Virus genome (UHGV): UHGV-1367653
Source: a virus
Length of the DNA: 40,932 nucleotides
Reading direction: 5' to 3' (one strand)
Below the pieces are notes generated by a model. That model ran no database searches, had not been told where the DNA came from, and saw only the letters and a list, made by a program, of their open reading frames with translations. Both the position numbers and the translations under genes were made by a program. Below are positions 33,367 through 40,932 of the stretch, piece by piece (the stretch's first letter is position 1; every line of letters begins with the position of its first letter).

Positions 33367-33585
33367 ATGAAACCTGGAATAGTTAAACTTATAGCTGAAC
33401 TTGAATCGAAGGGTTATGGCGTATCCATTAAAAACAACGGCTCTTATGAGATATCAAAACCGAACCATAAGCGGGTAACTCTTGTTATAGGCGAGGATGG
33501 TTTAGCTTATCGTGGTGATGTCCACGCCGAGTTAGCGCTAACGGTGCGTACTATTAAACAAATGCGCGAGATATTGGGAGTATAA
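33367..33585 (+). CDS. Hypothetical protein (72 aa)
   Basis: ORF with SD. Confidence 0.45.
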   Translation: MKPGIVKLIAELESKGYGVSIKNNGSYEISKPNHKRVTLVIGEDGLAYRGDVHAELALTVRTIKQMREILGV

Positions 33586-33668
33586 GTTGCATTTAAGATG
33601 CAACTTTACGGCCCCAATCGCGCACTATTGTCCATTATTCAGACGAATCCTATTGCGGAGATACGAAG

Positions 33669-33848
33669 ATGACACCGGAAAAGCTTTACAAGTTAGGCAT
33701 GAAATCATGGGCGCCGCGATGGCTTAAATTGTGGTGTCTGCGCATGATTCTACGGCATGTAGCCCGCGAGCTTCAGCGCCGCATAGAATCACTTACGCCA
33801 GAACAGCGTGATGCCCTAAATGCTGCGTCAGGCAAGATTGAGGCGTAG
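33669..33848 (+). CDS. Hypothetical protein (59 aa)
   Basis: Read by hand, GGAG SD. Confidence 0.3.
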   Translation: MTPEKLYKLGMKSWAPRWLKLWCLRMILRHVARELQRRIESLTPEQRDALNAASGKIEA

Positions 33849-33852
33849 CGCC

Positions 33853-34029
33853 ATGTTCGCGCTAAACGACATCGTTACCTGGACGCATCCGCGCACGGGT
33901 AACACCCACACCGGCGTAATCGTCCAGCTCTACGGCAACGGTCGCTACGTGGTGCAGGTCTGGCGTCAGTGGGCGCACAGGCCCCGCATGTACAGACCGA
34001 ATCCGAAGTGGCTGAAGAAACTGCGTTGA
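33853..34029 (+). CDS. Hypothetical protein (58 aa)
   Basis: ATG at 33853 within the track ORF. Confidence 0.35.
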   Translation: MFALNDIVTWTHPRTGNTHTGVIVQLYGNGRYVVQVWRQWAHRPRMYRPNPKWLKKLR

Positions 34030-34083
34030 CAGATAAGAAATAGCATAGTATTGTTAGTATCAAATTAATGAGGAGAAGCAAAT

Positions 34084-34239
34084 ATGGGTAGCGAAGAGAG
34101 CTTTAACGTAATAGAGAAACAGGTGTTAGTTACCTGCTGGAGTTGTTCGGTTCCTGTGCTTTTAAAACACATACAGTACGCTGACGGCTATTGCCCGTCG
34201 TGCGGCGCGCCTATCGATTTAGATGAGGACGAAGAATAA
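34084..34239 (+). CDS. Zinc-ribbon protein (51 aa)
   Basis: CWSC...CPSC with an acidic tail. GAGGAG SD. Confidence 0.35.
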   Translation: MGSEESFNVIEKQVLVTCWSCSVPVLLKHIQYADGYCPSCGAPIDLDEDEE

Positions 34240-34748
34240 TGGCAACCCTCAAAGAGCACCAGGCCGCAATGGTTGACCTGCTGGCAAACGGCAGCGGTAT
34301 TCCGGCCTCTGCGTCACGTCTGGCCCATGCGATGCACGATGTAATTCAGGAGCTTCTCGGTGAAGTTCCTGTGGAGCGCCTGTTACTTGCTAAACTGCGG
34401 GAAGACGCAACCACACCAGGCCTCAACGACAAGGCCCTCAGCACGCGCAAGAAGGCGCTGAAGACCGACAGCCCGGCTAAGTGGCCTACGCCTGCCGAAC
34501 AGCGCGTCAAGGAGCTTGAGAACACGATTAAGCAGTTGCGCGACAATATTTCCGGGTTGAAAGCGAACAATGCCAAGTTGCAGCTGGAGCGTGACGAGTT
34601 GCAAACAATGTTGATTAAGGCGGTTGCGCAGCTACCAGAACAGGCGGGTTGTCGCAAGGAAGATACCCAGGTGTGCGAGCACCGATGGGCCTCTCTTACA
34701 AGAGCTGACCAACTGGAATGTCTTAACTGCGGAATTATAAAACAATGA
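34239..34748 (+). CDS. Hypothetical coiled-coil protein (169 aa)
   Basis: ORF with TAATG coupling. Confidence 0.45.
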   Translation: MATLKEHQAAMVDLLANGSGIPASASRLAHAMHDVIQELLGEVPVERLLLAKLREDATTPGLNDKALSTRKKALKTDSPAKWPTPAEQRVKELENTIKQLRDNISGLKANNAKLQLERDELQTMLIKAVAQLPEQAGCRKEDTQVCEHRWASLTRADQLECLNCGIIKQ

Positions 34749-34942
34749 CCAGCGTCCTCTTCATCTGGGTCCTCAGTGCCGGTCAGCTCCATCTGGAAGG
34801 CACCGAGACATTCTATACACTGGAGGCGTGCCTCACGGCAGCACGTAACGCCGAGAACGCGCCTCTTGCATTCGACAACAAGCCCGAAGACTTCCAGGTC
34901 CGGGCGTTCTGTAACACGAAACGACTGAATAAGGATAAGTGA
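34745..34942 (+). CDS. Hypothetical protein (65 aa)
   Basis: Coupled ORF. Confidence 0.35.
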   Translation: MTSVLFIWVLSAGQLHLEGTETFYTLEACLTAARNAENAPLAFDNKPEDFQVRAFCNTKRLNKDK

Positions 34943-35124
34943 TTATGGTGCAGAAATTCGATTTAGTATCTGGCTACATGCAGGAATGGTCTGAAGGTGA
35001 GTGGGTTACGTACGAGGATTATGCGGCGTTACAGCGACAATTCGAAGAATACGTGGACGAGCGTACCGCAGAACTTAGAGCATTAAGAAAAGAGCTGGCT
35101 TTATATAAGGATAATTGCCAGTGA
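34939..35124 (+). CDS. Hypothetical protein (61 aa)
   Basis: Coupled ORF. Confidence 0.35.
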   Translation: MIMVQKFDLVSGYMQEWSEGEWVTYEDYAALQRQFEEYVDERTAELRALRKELALYKDNCQ

Positions 35125-35205
35125 CAACTGACGAAGAACGCGCCGCCGACCGAAAGGAACAAGACGAACTGTTAGATGAATGGTACAGAACCGGAGATAA
35201 CCCGT

Positions 35206-35544
35206 ATGTCACTTGCAACTGACATCCTGAAGCATGCCGCAGCTCTTCCGGTTAAACCGAAGAACACGGCTAAAGCGAAGCCAGTAGTTCCCCGCCCGTA
35301 TACGCCACCGTCGGGAGTTAAAGGCGTAAGTAAGCTTAACCGTGATGGCTACTGCGAGTGGCGGGCTATCGTGTGGAGCGGCAACCGTAACGTTAATCTC
35401 GGCTCCTTCCGCTCTGTAGCCAGGGCAAGTCTGGCTTATCGGCTGTGGCAACACTGGGCTAAGAGTTACCCACAGCACACGATACCAAATAAGCCGCAAC
35501 TACGACCTGGAGAAATACGCCGGTATAACTGCGAGAGAGTGTAA
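35206..35544 (+). CDS. Stand-alone AP2-domain DNA-binding protein
   Basis: AP2-like motif SGVKGVSKLNRDGYCEWRAIVWSGNRNVNLGSF...ASLAY with no HNH domain. ATG at 35206 with a GGAG SD. Confidence 0.55.
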   Translation: MSLATDILKHAAALPVKPKNTAKAKPVVPRPYTPPSGVKGVSKLNRDGYCEWRAIVWSGNRNVNLGSFRSVARASLAYRLWQHWAKSYPQHTIPNKPQLRPGEIRRYNCERV

Positions 35545-35612
35545 TTTGCAGATTAATCCTAAAGCGTCATATACTGCCCCTGTTTACTATCCAACCAGGG
35601 GTTAATCCGTTT

Positions 35613-35894
35613 ATGGATAACAAATATTTATGGTACATACTGGCCGCTCTGTCCGGGGGTTACGTGCTACAGGTTAAGCGACCTGAAGCGATGCCCTGGT
35701 GGAAGCGGCTTGCACATCTCGCCGCCGGTGCTGTCTGCGCTGTCTGGTTTTCCCCGTTCGCCATTAAATACTTCGACATGGTTAACACTGAAGGGCAATA
35801 CCTTATCCCTTTTGCCATCGGTGCTTTCTGGTGGAAGTTCTTCGAGGCGATGGAAACGGCAGCCGGGAGCATCAAGCTACCCTGGGGAAAGTAA
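35613..35894 (+). CDS. Holin candidate (93 aa, ~3 TM segments)
   Basis: Hydrophobic helices. It sits directly upstream of the endolysin. Confidence 0.55.
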   Translation: MDNKYLWYILAALSGGYVLQVKRPEAMPWWKRLAHLAAGAVCAVWFSPFAIKYFDMVNTEGQYLIPFAIGAFWWKFFEAMETAAGSIKLPWGK

Positions 35895-35895
35895 T

Positions 35896-36180
35896 ATGAC
35901 TTTTATTCTTCCACTCTGCTTAATCGTAATTGCCGTCACATCCTTAATAAATATCTATGCGCACTGGATTGAGGACGGGTTGATAGGCCGCGTCCTGTAT
36001 ATGGGCTGTGTCATTACGTCCGTTGCCGGGGTGTGGCACGCATTTAGCGGTACAGTTCCAGCTTTAATCTGGCAAACTCTTCTCGCGCTAATCGCTCTGA
36101 AATCAATTCGCCATCTGTGCGCCAAATACGCACGGATGCTCAAGTACAGGAAAACTATCCATGCGAAACATAAGCAATAA
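35896..36180 (+). CDS. Second small membrane protein (94 aa), a holin/antiholin partner candidate
   Basis: ATG at 35896 with a GGGGAAAG SD. Has 2-3 TM helices and a basic C-tail. It overlaps the endolysin start. Confidence 0.45.
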   Translation: MTFILPLCLIVIAVTSLINIYAHWIEDGLIGRVLYMGCVITSVAGVWHAFSGTVPALIWQTLLALIALKSIRHLCAKYARMLKYRKTIHAKHKQ

Positions 36181-36643
36181 TGGCCTGAAGTTTACGGCTG
36201 CTTTTGAGCAATTCCGTGGTACGGCCTACCGCGCTACATCCGCCGAGAAGTATCTGACGATTGGCTACGGCCATTACGGCAGCGACGTCAAAGAAGGCCA
36301 GAAGATTACCGAGGGTCAGGCCCTTATTTTACTCAATCGCGACATGGCCGCTGCTGTGAAAGCTGTCGACGCCGTAGCACACCCGTCGCTTACGCAGGCG
36401 CAGTTCGACGCGGTGGTTGACCTGGTGTTTAACGCGGGCGCGGGCGTCATTGCATCGAACACCGGAACCGGTCAGGCGCTACGAGCTGGCGACGTTAAGA
36501 CGTTGCGCGCTAAACTGGCCCTGTTCATCAACCAGAATGGCAAGCCTGTGCTCGGCCTGCGCCGCCGTGTTGCCGGGCGTCTGGCCCTGTTCGACGGCAA
36601 GCCGTGGCAGGAAGCAGAAAAGATTGGACGCGCGGTGAAATAG
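36161..36643 (+). CDS. Endolysin, T4-type lysozyme (GH24)
   Basis: Motif FEQFRGTAYRATSAEKYLTIGYGHYG. Confidence 0.9.
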   Translation: MRNISNNGLKFTAAFEQFRGTAYRATSAEKYLTIGYGHYGSDVKEGQKITEGQALILLNRDMAAAVKAVDAVAHPSLTQAQFDAVVDLVFNAGAGVIASNTGTGQALRAGDVKTLRAKLALFINQNGKPVLGLRRRVAGRLALFDGKPWQEAEKIGRAVK

Positions 36644-36848
36644 TGGTATATTTAAAACATGCTCTGAGATTAACCCGGTAGGCGCGCTCTGGGTTATATC
36701 TGTCAAAGCCGCATGTTCGCATGCCTAACGAGCACAGGTCACTATTCGTCGGCGGGTGTCACCCGTAGATTGAGCGCCTCAGACTTGAGGACTGCGAAGC
36801 CGGGGAGAAACCGGTAGTGACCGCCTCAAATTCCATGCAGCCAGCTTT

Positions 36849-36880
36849 GCCCCGGTTCTCCAGACCGGGGCTTTTTTTTT
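36849..36880 (+). terminator. Strong rho-independent terminator
   Basis: gccccggt-tctccag-accggggc followed by T9. Confidence 0.8.
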
Positions 36881-36891
36881 ATCCCGCCCTA

Positions 36892-36920
36892 TTGCATTCC
36901 AATAAATAGTATCCTATTCT
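36892..36920 (+). promoter_or_regulatory. Candidate promoter TTGCAT-N17-TATTCT
   Basis: It uses the same hexamers as the promoter at 5232. Confidence 0.45.
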
Positions 36921-36929
36921 CTGATTACA

Positions 36930-37152
36930 CCATACAACATGAGGTCGAAGAGAATGGCTATTAAATTAGTGGACTTTGTAGAAAAGCATAACCGCCGCAC
37001 GAATCGTATGAATCTGTGGTTTCGCCGCGCTAAGAAACGTAACAGCGATAAAGTATCAACCCAGATTAACCGTTATGTATCTGCTCTTATTTTTGGGCAT
37101 GAGATGGCTTTATCTAAATAACCGTACAACATGAGGTCGAAGAGAATGGCTA
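36930..37152 (+). repeat. 31-bp direct repeat (1 mismatch) containing an SD and a double ATG: ccatacaacatgaggtcgaagagaatggcta at 36930-36960 and ccgtacaacatgaggtcgaagagaatggcta at 37122-37152
   Basis: Read directly. Each copy starts a small ORF. Confidence 0.7.
36954..37121 (+). CDS. Small basic protein (56 aa from the second ATG; the track starts at 36939)
   Basis: MAIKLVDFVEKHNRR... Confidence 0.35.
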   Translation: MAIKLVDFVEKHNRRTNRMNLWFRRAKKRNSDKVSTQINRYVSALIFGHEMALSK

Positions 37153-37370
37153 AAATAGAAGTTACTAAATTTGGTGATGCAAGGGGCGTTGGGGTCATTG
37201 TTACTGTTAAAACCTTATTCGGAGAAACTACTTGGACCGTAATACCTGGTTCATGTGAGTTTATCGATGCGTGGGTGTGCAGAGAAACCGGGAAACGACA
37301 ATGGGCCGGAGTATGGGTGGGTGACTTTGTGTATAAATCACAATATCGCACAAGGGAGATTGTCGAATGA
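37146..37370 (+). CDS. Hypothetical protein (75 aa from the second ATG; the track starts at 37131)
   Basis: MAKIEVTKFGDARG... Confidence 0.35.
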   Translation: MAKIEVTKFGDARGVGVIVTVKTLFGETTWTVIPGSCEFIDAWVCRETGKRQWAGVWVGDFVYKSQYRTREIVE

Positions 37371-37507
37371 CCATCCACGACAAACACGCGTTCGAAGACG
37401 CACAAATCATGGCCCGCGCCGCTATCGAGATGACAGAGCGCTGGTGGAAAGAGGCTTACTGGTACGGCGCTATGCAGGCGCTGAAAGCAGCGTATAAGGG
37501 GAAATGA
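37367..37507 (+). CDS. Hypothetical protein (46 aa)
   Basis: Read by hand, coupled. Confidence 0.3.
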   Translation: MTIHDKHAFEDAQIMARAAIEMTERWWKEAYWYGAMQALKAAYKGK

Positions 37508-37508
37508 T

Positions 37509-37694
37509 ATGGACCGTTGGCAAATTGCAGCACTAAAACAGCGCACAGACAACAACGAAGCTATTGCCGAAGCGCACATTGACGCAGGGCTTTACGGTCA
37601 GGGCTGGTTGAAAGTCGACGAACTCGGCAACCTGAAGCGCATCGACCCAACTCTTATCGTAATCCACGTTAACCCGGAGCCCGACCATGTTTGA
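37509..37694 (+). CDS. Hypothetical protein (61 aa)
   Basis: Track ORF. Confidence 0.35.
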   Translation: MDRWQIAALKQRTDNNEAIAEAHIDAGLYGQGWLKVDELGNLKRIDPTLIVIHVNPEPDHV

Positions 37695-37857
37695 CCAATA
37701 CGACTACCAGCAATACGGCACTACCACGGCAGCGCCTAAGTACACCAAACAGAACGAGAAGCCAATGCCGAGCCGCGAAGAACTGCTGGCGCGCAACTCC
37801 TTTGGTTCAGTCAATAACAACAAGCATCTGGACCGGATGCTGGGGAAGACGAAATGA
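37687..37857 (+). CDS. Hypothetical protein (56 aa)
   Basis: Read by hand, coupled. Confidence 0.3.
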   Translation: MFDQYDYQQYGTTTAAPKYTKQNEKPMPSREELLARNSFGSVNNNKHLDRMLGKTK

Positions 37858-38078
37858 CTAACTCAGAATACGAAAAACTAAGCGTCTCTGCCGCTAATGG
37901 TGAAGCTATGTTGGCGCACGCAGACTCAGTAATCGCGAACATTGAGGCCGCGCTCGTCGTTGCGCAAGAGGCGCGCCGGGAGATTATTAACCGCTACGGC
38001 CTCAATAAATGCGAGCATAATTGCCTTAAACATTACTGCGCTATCTGCGAGGCTGAAAATGACAACCAAAGTAACTAA
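37854..38078 (+). CDS. Hypothetical Cys-rich protein (74 aa)
   Basis: CEHNC...CAIC. Confidence 0.4.
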   Translation: MTNSEYEKLSVSAANGEAMLAHADSVIANIEAALVVAQEARREIINRYGLNKCEHNCLKHYCAICEAENDNQSN

Positions 38079-38214
38079 AGAATCGTTGGCTGAGCATATC
38101 GCCGTTCTGGAAGAGCGAAAAGCGGAAGACTTATTATCTATTAACGGATTTTATCAGCTCGAAGCGTACAAGGTGCTATTGGCATTACTGGAGAAAGAAG
38201 ATGATAAACGATGA
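38059..38214 (+). CDS. Hypothetical protein (51 aa)
   Basis: ATG at 38059 with a GAGG SD. Confidence 0.3.
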   Translation: MTTKVTKESLAEHIAVLEERKAEDLLSINGFYQLEAYKVLLALLEKEDDKR

Positions 38215-38461
38215 CGATAGCAAGTATGCCTGCGATGAGTATCTCGATGCGCTGGTGACGGTAGAACTGGCTGCCGCGTTTGCGATTAAAGAGCGCAGAC
38301 CAGTTAACCGGGCTATCCGTTCTTGTTGGCACGCAATACGCTGGCGTGTGACTAACAAGACCAATCGCCAGATATTCGATGGCGTAGCGATGCAGTTCAT
38401 GCCGCATGGGGCGCTGTGCATGTTGCGCAGACAATTAGATTCAGCTGTAAGCGAGGGTTAA
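38201..38461 (+). CDS. Hypothetical protein (86 aa) directly upstream of a small HTH gene
   Basis: Track ORF. Confidence 0.4.
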   Translation: MINDDDSKYACDEYLDALVTVELAAAFAIKERRPVNRAIRSCWHAIRWRVTNKTNRQIFDGVAMQFMPHGALCMLRRQLDSAVSEG

Positions 38462-38463
38462 AG

Positions 38464-38685
38464 ATGTTCACCAGCATCCCGGAACTAATCAAACTACACG
38501 GCAACATGGCTAACGCCTGCCGCGAAACTGGCCTTAACGAAATGACAATCGCCAAATACAGCAAAGATGTTAACTGCGAGCGGCATGTTATTTATAACGG
38601 GCGGCTCATGACGCATAAAGCAACGAGCCACGTTCTGTATTCCCGGCGTGGCGTAACAAATACGGAGCGAGCGCATGGACACTGA
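38464..38685 (+). CDS. Small HTH DNA-binding protein (73 aa), Cro/Aca-like
   Basis: HTH NMANACRETGLNEMTIAKYSK. GAGGG SD. Confidence 0.45.
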   Translation: MFTSIPELIKLHGNMANACRETGLNEMTIAKYSKDVNCERHVIYNGRLMTHKATSHVLYSRRGVTNTERAHGH

Positions 38686-38857
38686 AATTCTTGCGGTAGC
38701 AATAAAAGCTCGCCATAAAATACAAGACCTATGGGACCCTGCTAAATTTAAATTACCGCGCAATAAGTTGTACGCTAAAACGCGAGGTCTTGTGCAGGCG
38801 GACAGATTGGAACTGGCGGTAGTAGAACCAACTAAAGCAAACTGGAGCCGCGTTTAA
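38675..38857 (+). CDS. Hypothetical protein (60 aa)
   Basis: Track ORF. Confidence 0.35.
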   Translation: MDTEILAVAIKARHKIQDLWDPAKFKLPRNKLYAKTRGLVQADRLELAVVEPTKANWSRV

Positions 38858-38864
38858 CCATCCT

Positions 38865-38890
38865 GCCCGCCTCCGTGCGGGCTTCTTTTT
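38865..38890 (+). terminator. Rho-independent terminator gcccgc-ctccgt-gcgggc followed by ttcttttt
   Basis: Read directly. Confidence 0.7.
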
Positions 38891-38917
38891 GCCTTTGTCA
38901 ATCCTTAGCTATATAAT
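38889..38917 (+). promoter_or_regulatory. Candidate promoter TTGCCT-N17-TATAAT upstream of the terminase genes
   Basis: Perfect -10 at 38912-17. A structured 60-nt leader precedes the CAGGAG SD. Confidence 0.45.
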
Positions 38918-38987
38918 CACCTGAAGATGCGCAGGGCGCGTCTGATGCGTTATGATGGTCATACACGCATAGACAGGAGATTACCCC

Positions 38988-39476
38988 ATGAAGATTGGCA
39001 AGGCTAAAGAACCAGGCATTGCCGGAGTTACCACGGCACGCAAGAAAGGCGACCCTAAGCCGCCAGGCTACGTGTTCGGCCAGCCGACAAAATACCGCCC
39101 GGAATATTGCCAGGCCATCGTTACCTATTTCTCCAACCCGGAATCCTGGGACATCAATACCGACATGAAAGGTAGCGCTAAGGCTATTCCTAAGAGCAAG
39201 CTGCCGACGTTCGAGCGCTTCGCCGCAGGTATCGGTGTGTCCACCCGCGCGCTGGAAGACTGGCGCGACAAGCACGAAGAATTTGGCGACGCTTACCGCA
39301 TTGCGTCCGGGCTTCAGAAGTCCTTCTTGATGGAACTCTCGGCAGCCGGTCTTGGCACAGGTGCCGTGGCGCTCATGCTGCAAATTAACCATAAGATGCG
39401 ACCTGAGAAAGAGAAAGACCCGGTGGAAGACCTAGCTGCCCAGCTATCGGAGCTGGTAAGTAAGATGCCATCATGA
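38988..39476 (+). CDS. Terminase small subunit
   Basis: 162 aa, immediately upstream of and overlapping the large terminase gene. Confidence 0.6.
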   Translation: MKIGKAKEPGIAGVTTARKKGDPKPPGYVFGQPTKYRPEYCQAIVTYFSNPESWDINTDMKGSAKAIPKSKLPTFERFAAGIGVSTRALEDWRDKHEEFGDAYRIASGLQKSFLMELSAAGLGTGAVALMLQINHKMRPEKEKDPVEDLAAQLSELVSKMPS

Positions 39477-40792
39477 GCAATATCATGCTGGAGCGTCAGC
39501 GTGCGCGATGGTACGAACTGAAAGACCATCCGGTACAACTAGACCTAATCGCCGCGGTAAGCAATGGTGTACGCTTTCCTTTGGTCCCCGCGGGCCGCCG
39601 TTCTGGTAAAACAGAGCGGTTCAAGCGCTTCCTTGTAAAGCAGGCGTTTAAGGTTGTCGGGATGTATTTTGCGGCAGCGCCGACCCACGCCCAGGCTAAG
39701 AAGATTTTCTGGGATGACCTGAAGGCATTCACGTTCTCTTGCACGCACGCCCGTCGCCCTTCAGAGTCCGACTTGATTATATATCTGCCGAATGGGTCAG
39801 AGATTCATGTCATTGGTCTGGATAAGCCCCAGCGTATTGAAGGTATTCCATGGACCGGCGGTGGTATTGATGAATTTGCTGATATCAAGGCGGATTCCTG
39901 GGAAGCTAACATTTACCCTGCTTTGAATACCGTGAATCCGACCAGACCGGATTATCGTGCCTGGTGCTGGCTGCTTGGCGTTCCTGATGGCCTTAACCAT
40001 TACTATGACCTGTGTCAGACCGCAGAAGCGGGTGTATCTGACCAGTATAAAGTCTTCCACTGGATGACCGCCGAGATATTCCCGGAAATGGCCGCTGAGG
40101 CTCGTAAAATCATGAGCAAGAAGCAGTATAACCAGGAGTTTGAGGCATCATTCGAGACCGCCAACGGTAAGATTTATGAAGACTACTCAAAGGATAACTA
40201 CACGGATGCAGTGATAGCGCCTCACGAACAATTGCACTGGATGCACGACCAGAACTTTACACCTTTGTCATCCTCTGTTGCCGTAATTCGCAATACGGAC
40301 GAGGTCTACTTGTTGGATGAGATTGTTCTTATCTCCGCGGTATCCCGGCAGTCGGCACAAGAGTTCGTGGAGAAGTTCAAGGACCATCAAAATAAGCATG
40401 TGAAGATTTACGGTGACCCAGCCGGGCGAGCAGGCGAGAAGCACGGCCACAACTCTGACTATAACGATATCGAGGATGTGCTGAAGGCTAATGGATGGAC
40501 GTACGAGCGTCGTGTTAAGCGCGCGCACCCGGCCATTAAAGACCGGCAGAACGCCGTTCGCGCGAAAATTAAAACGGCAGACGGACGAGTCAGTCTGTTT
40601 GTTAACCCGCAGACAGCGCCGTGGAGTCATAAGGGTCTGGCGACGGTGCAGCTTCAGGAAGGCTCTGCTTTCCAGGAAGACCAGAAGAACCAGTACCAGC
40701 ACATTACAACAGCGATTGGTTACTTTGTTGATTACCTGTATCCTGTTAGCAATAAAGCGCCAATTCACATCCCGGTTACGTTTGCACTTTAA
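39473..40792 (+). CDS. Terminase large subunit
   Basis: Walker A VPAGRRSGKTE, Walker B-like GGIDEFAD, and a C-terminal nuclease region with GDPAG. Confidence 0.9.
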   Translation: MSNIMLERQRARWYELKDHPVQLDLIAAVSNGVRFPLVPAGRRSGKTERFKRFLVKQAFKVVGMYFAAAPTHAQAKKIFWDDLKAFTFSCTHARRPSESDLIIYLPNGSEIHVIGLDKPQRIEGIPWTGGGIDEFADIKADSWEANIYPALNTVNPTRPDYRAWCWLLGVPDGLNHYYDLCQTAEAGVSDQYKVFHWMTAEIFPEMAAEARKIMSKKQYNQEFEASFETANGKIYEDYSKDNYTDAVIAPHEQLHWMHDQNFTPLSSSVAVIRNTDEVYLLDEIVLISAVSRQSAQEFVEKFKDHQNKHVKIYGDPAGRAGEKHGHNSDYNDIEDVLKANGWTYERRVKRAHPAIKDRQNAVRAKIKTADGRVSLFVNPQTAPWSHKGLATVQLQEGSAFQEDQKNQYQHITTAIGYFVDYLYPVSNKAPIHIPVTFAL

Positions 40793-40804
40793 AGGAGGCC
40801 TTGA

Positions 40805-40932
40805 ATGGCTGTTGCAAATATCAACGCTGGTCAAGGCCAGAACGTCAAAACGCTGCACCGCCAGTATCAGGCGTATGCGGAACAGTGGCAGAAAATCCGC
40901 CATGCTCTGGCCGGTGACCTGAAAACATATCT
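40805..40932 (+). CDS. Portal protein, N-terminal 42 codons (partial, runs off the end of the window)
   Basis: ATG with an AAAGGAGG SD 13 nt after the terminase stop. It is in phase with the ORF that is open at position 2. Confidence 0.6.
   Translation, partial: MAVANINAGQGQNVKTLHRQYQAYAEQWQKIRHALAGDLKTY

Noticed and set aside
36644-36950. Possible tRNA in the lysis-distal non-coding region, or elsewhere
   Set aside because: No GTTCGAATC-type T-loop with a matching acceptor stem was found in any intergenic region. GTTCGA hits lie inside coding genes.
1-40932. CRISPR array, integrase or attP, CI-type repressor
   Set aside because: There are no regularly spaced direct repeats, no tyrosine or serine recombinase motifs, and only Cro-sized HTH proteins. 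This is consistent with a virulent phage.

Overview
The window reads as a nearly complete, tightly packed genome of a virulent siphovirus-type tailed phage of enterobacteria (GC about 53%). Gene content and order are T1-like/HK578-like. The resemblance to Dhillonvirus is judged from memory, not from a search. No integrase or CI-type repressor was found.

Layout, left to right:
- 1-4.1 kb: portal (its 5' end appears to lie at the very end of the window, 40805..40932, in the same frame, which suggests a circularly permuted complete genome), a Mu-F-like head morphogenesis protein, and a PAPS-reductase-family gene on the minus strand that is split by a frameshift at a G6 run.
- 4.1-5.3 kb: a regulatory region with repeated GGAATAA-N-TTATTCC palindromes, and an embedded Rz/Rz1-type spanin pair that sits far from the holin and endolysin.
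- 5.3-20.7 kb (plus strand): the late morphogenesis operon. It runs scaffold, major capsid, a strong terminator, head-tail joining proteins, major tail protein, a minus-strand secreted-protein moron with its own sigma70 promoter, tail chaperones G/GT with a candidate -1 frameshift, tape measure, M/L/K(NlpC-P60)-like minor tail proteins, a J-like tip protein, and a beta-helix tail fibre/tailspike.
- 20.7-30.1 kb (minus strand): the replication and recombination operon. It holds an SNF2-like helicase, two HNH endonucleases (one HNH-AP2), a VRR-NUC nuclease, family A DNA polymerase, a DUF2815-like SSB, a Cas4-like exonuclease and an acidic protein.
- 30.1-33.4 kb: divergent promoters, a Cro/XRE-like regulator, an AEP-primase/AAA_25 helicase fusion, then an iteron-rich candidate origin.
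- 33.4-38.9 kb: many small early-type ORFs, a stand-alone AP2 protein, and holin, a second membrane protein and a T4-type lysozyme.
- 38.9-40.9 kb: small and large terminase subunits.

The most interesting signals are the possibly programmed frameshift in the PAPS-reductase gene, the split lysis cassette, the palindromic operator family, the tail-module moron, the iteron origin, a 17-nt promoter-associated motif present twice, a 31-bp duplicated translation-initiation cassette, an A14 tract, and candidate anti-defence loci (an acidic DNA-mimic-like protein, and a small ORF upstream of a small HTH gene in an acr-aca-like arrangement).
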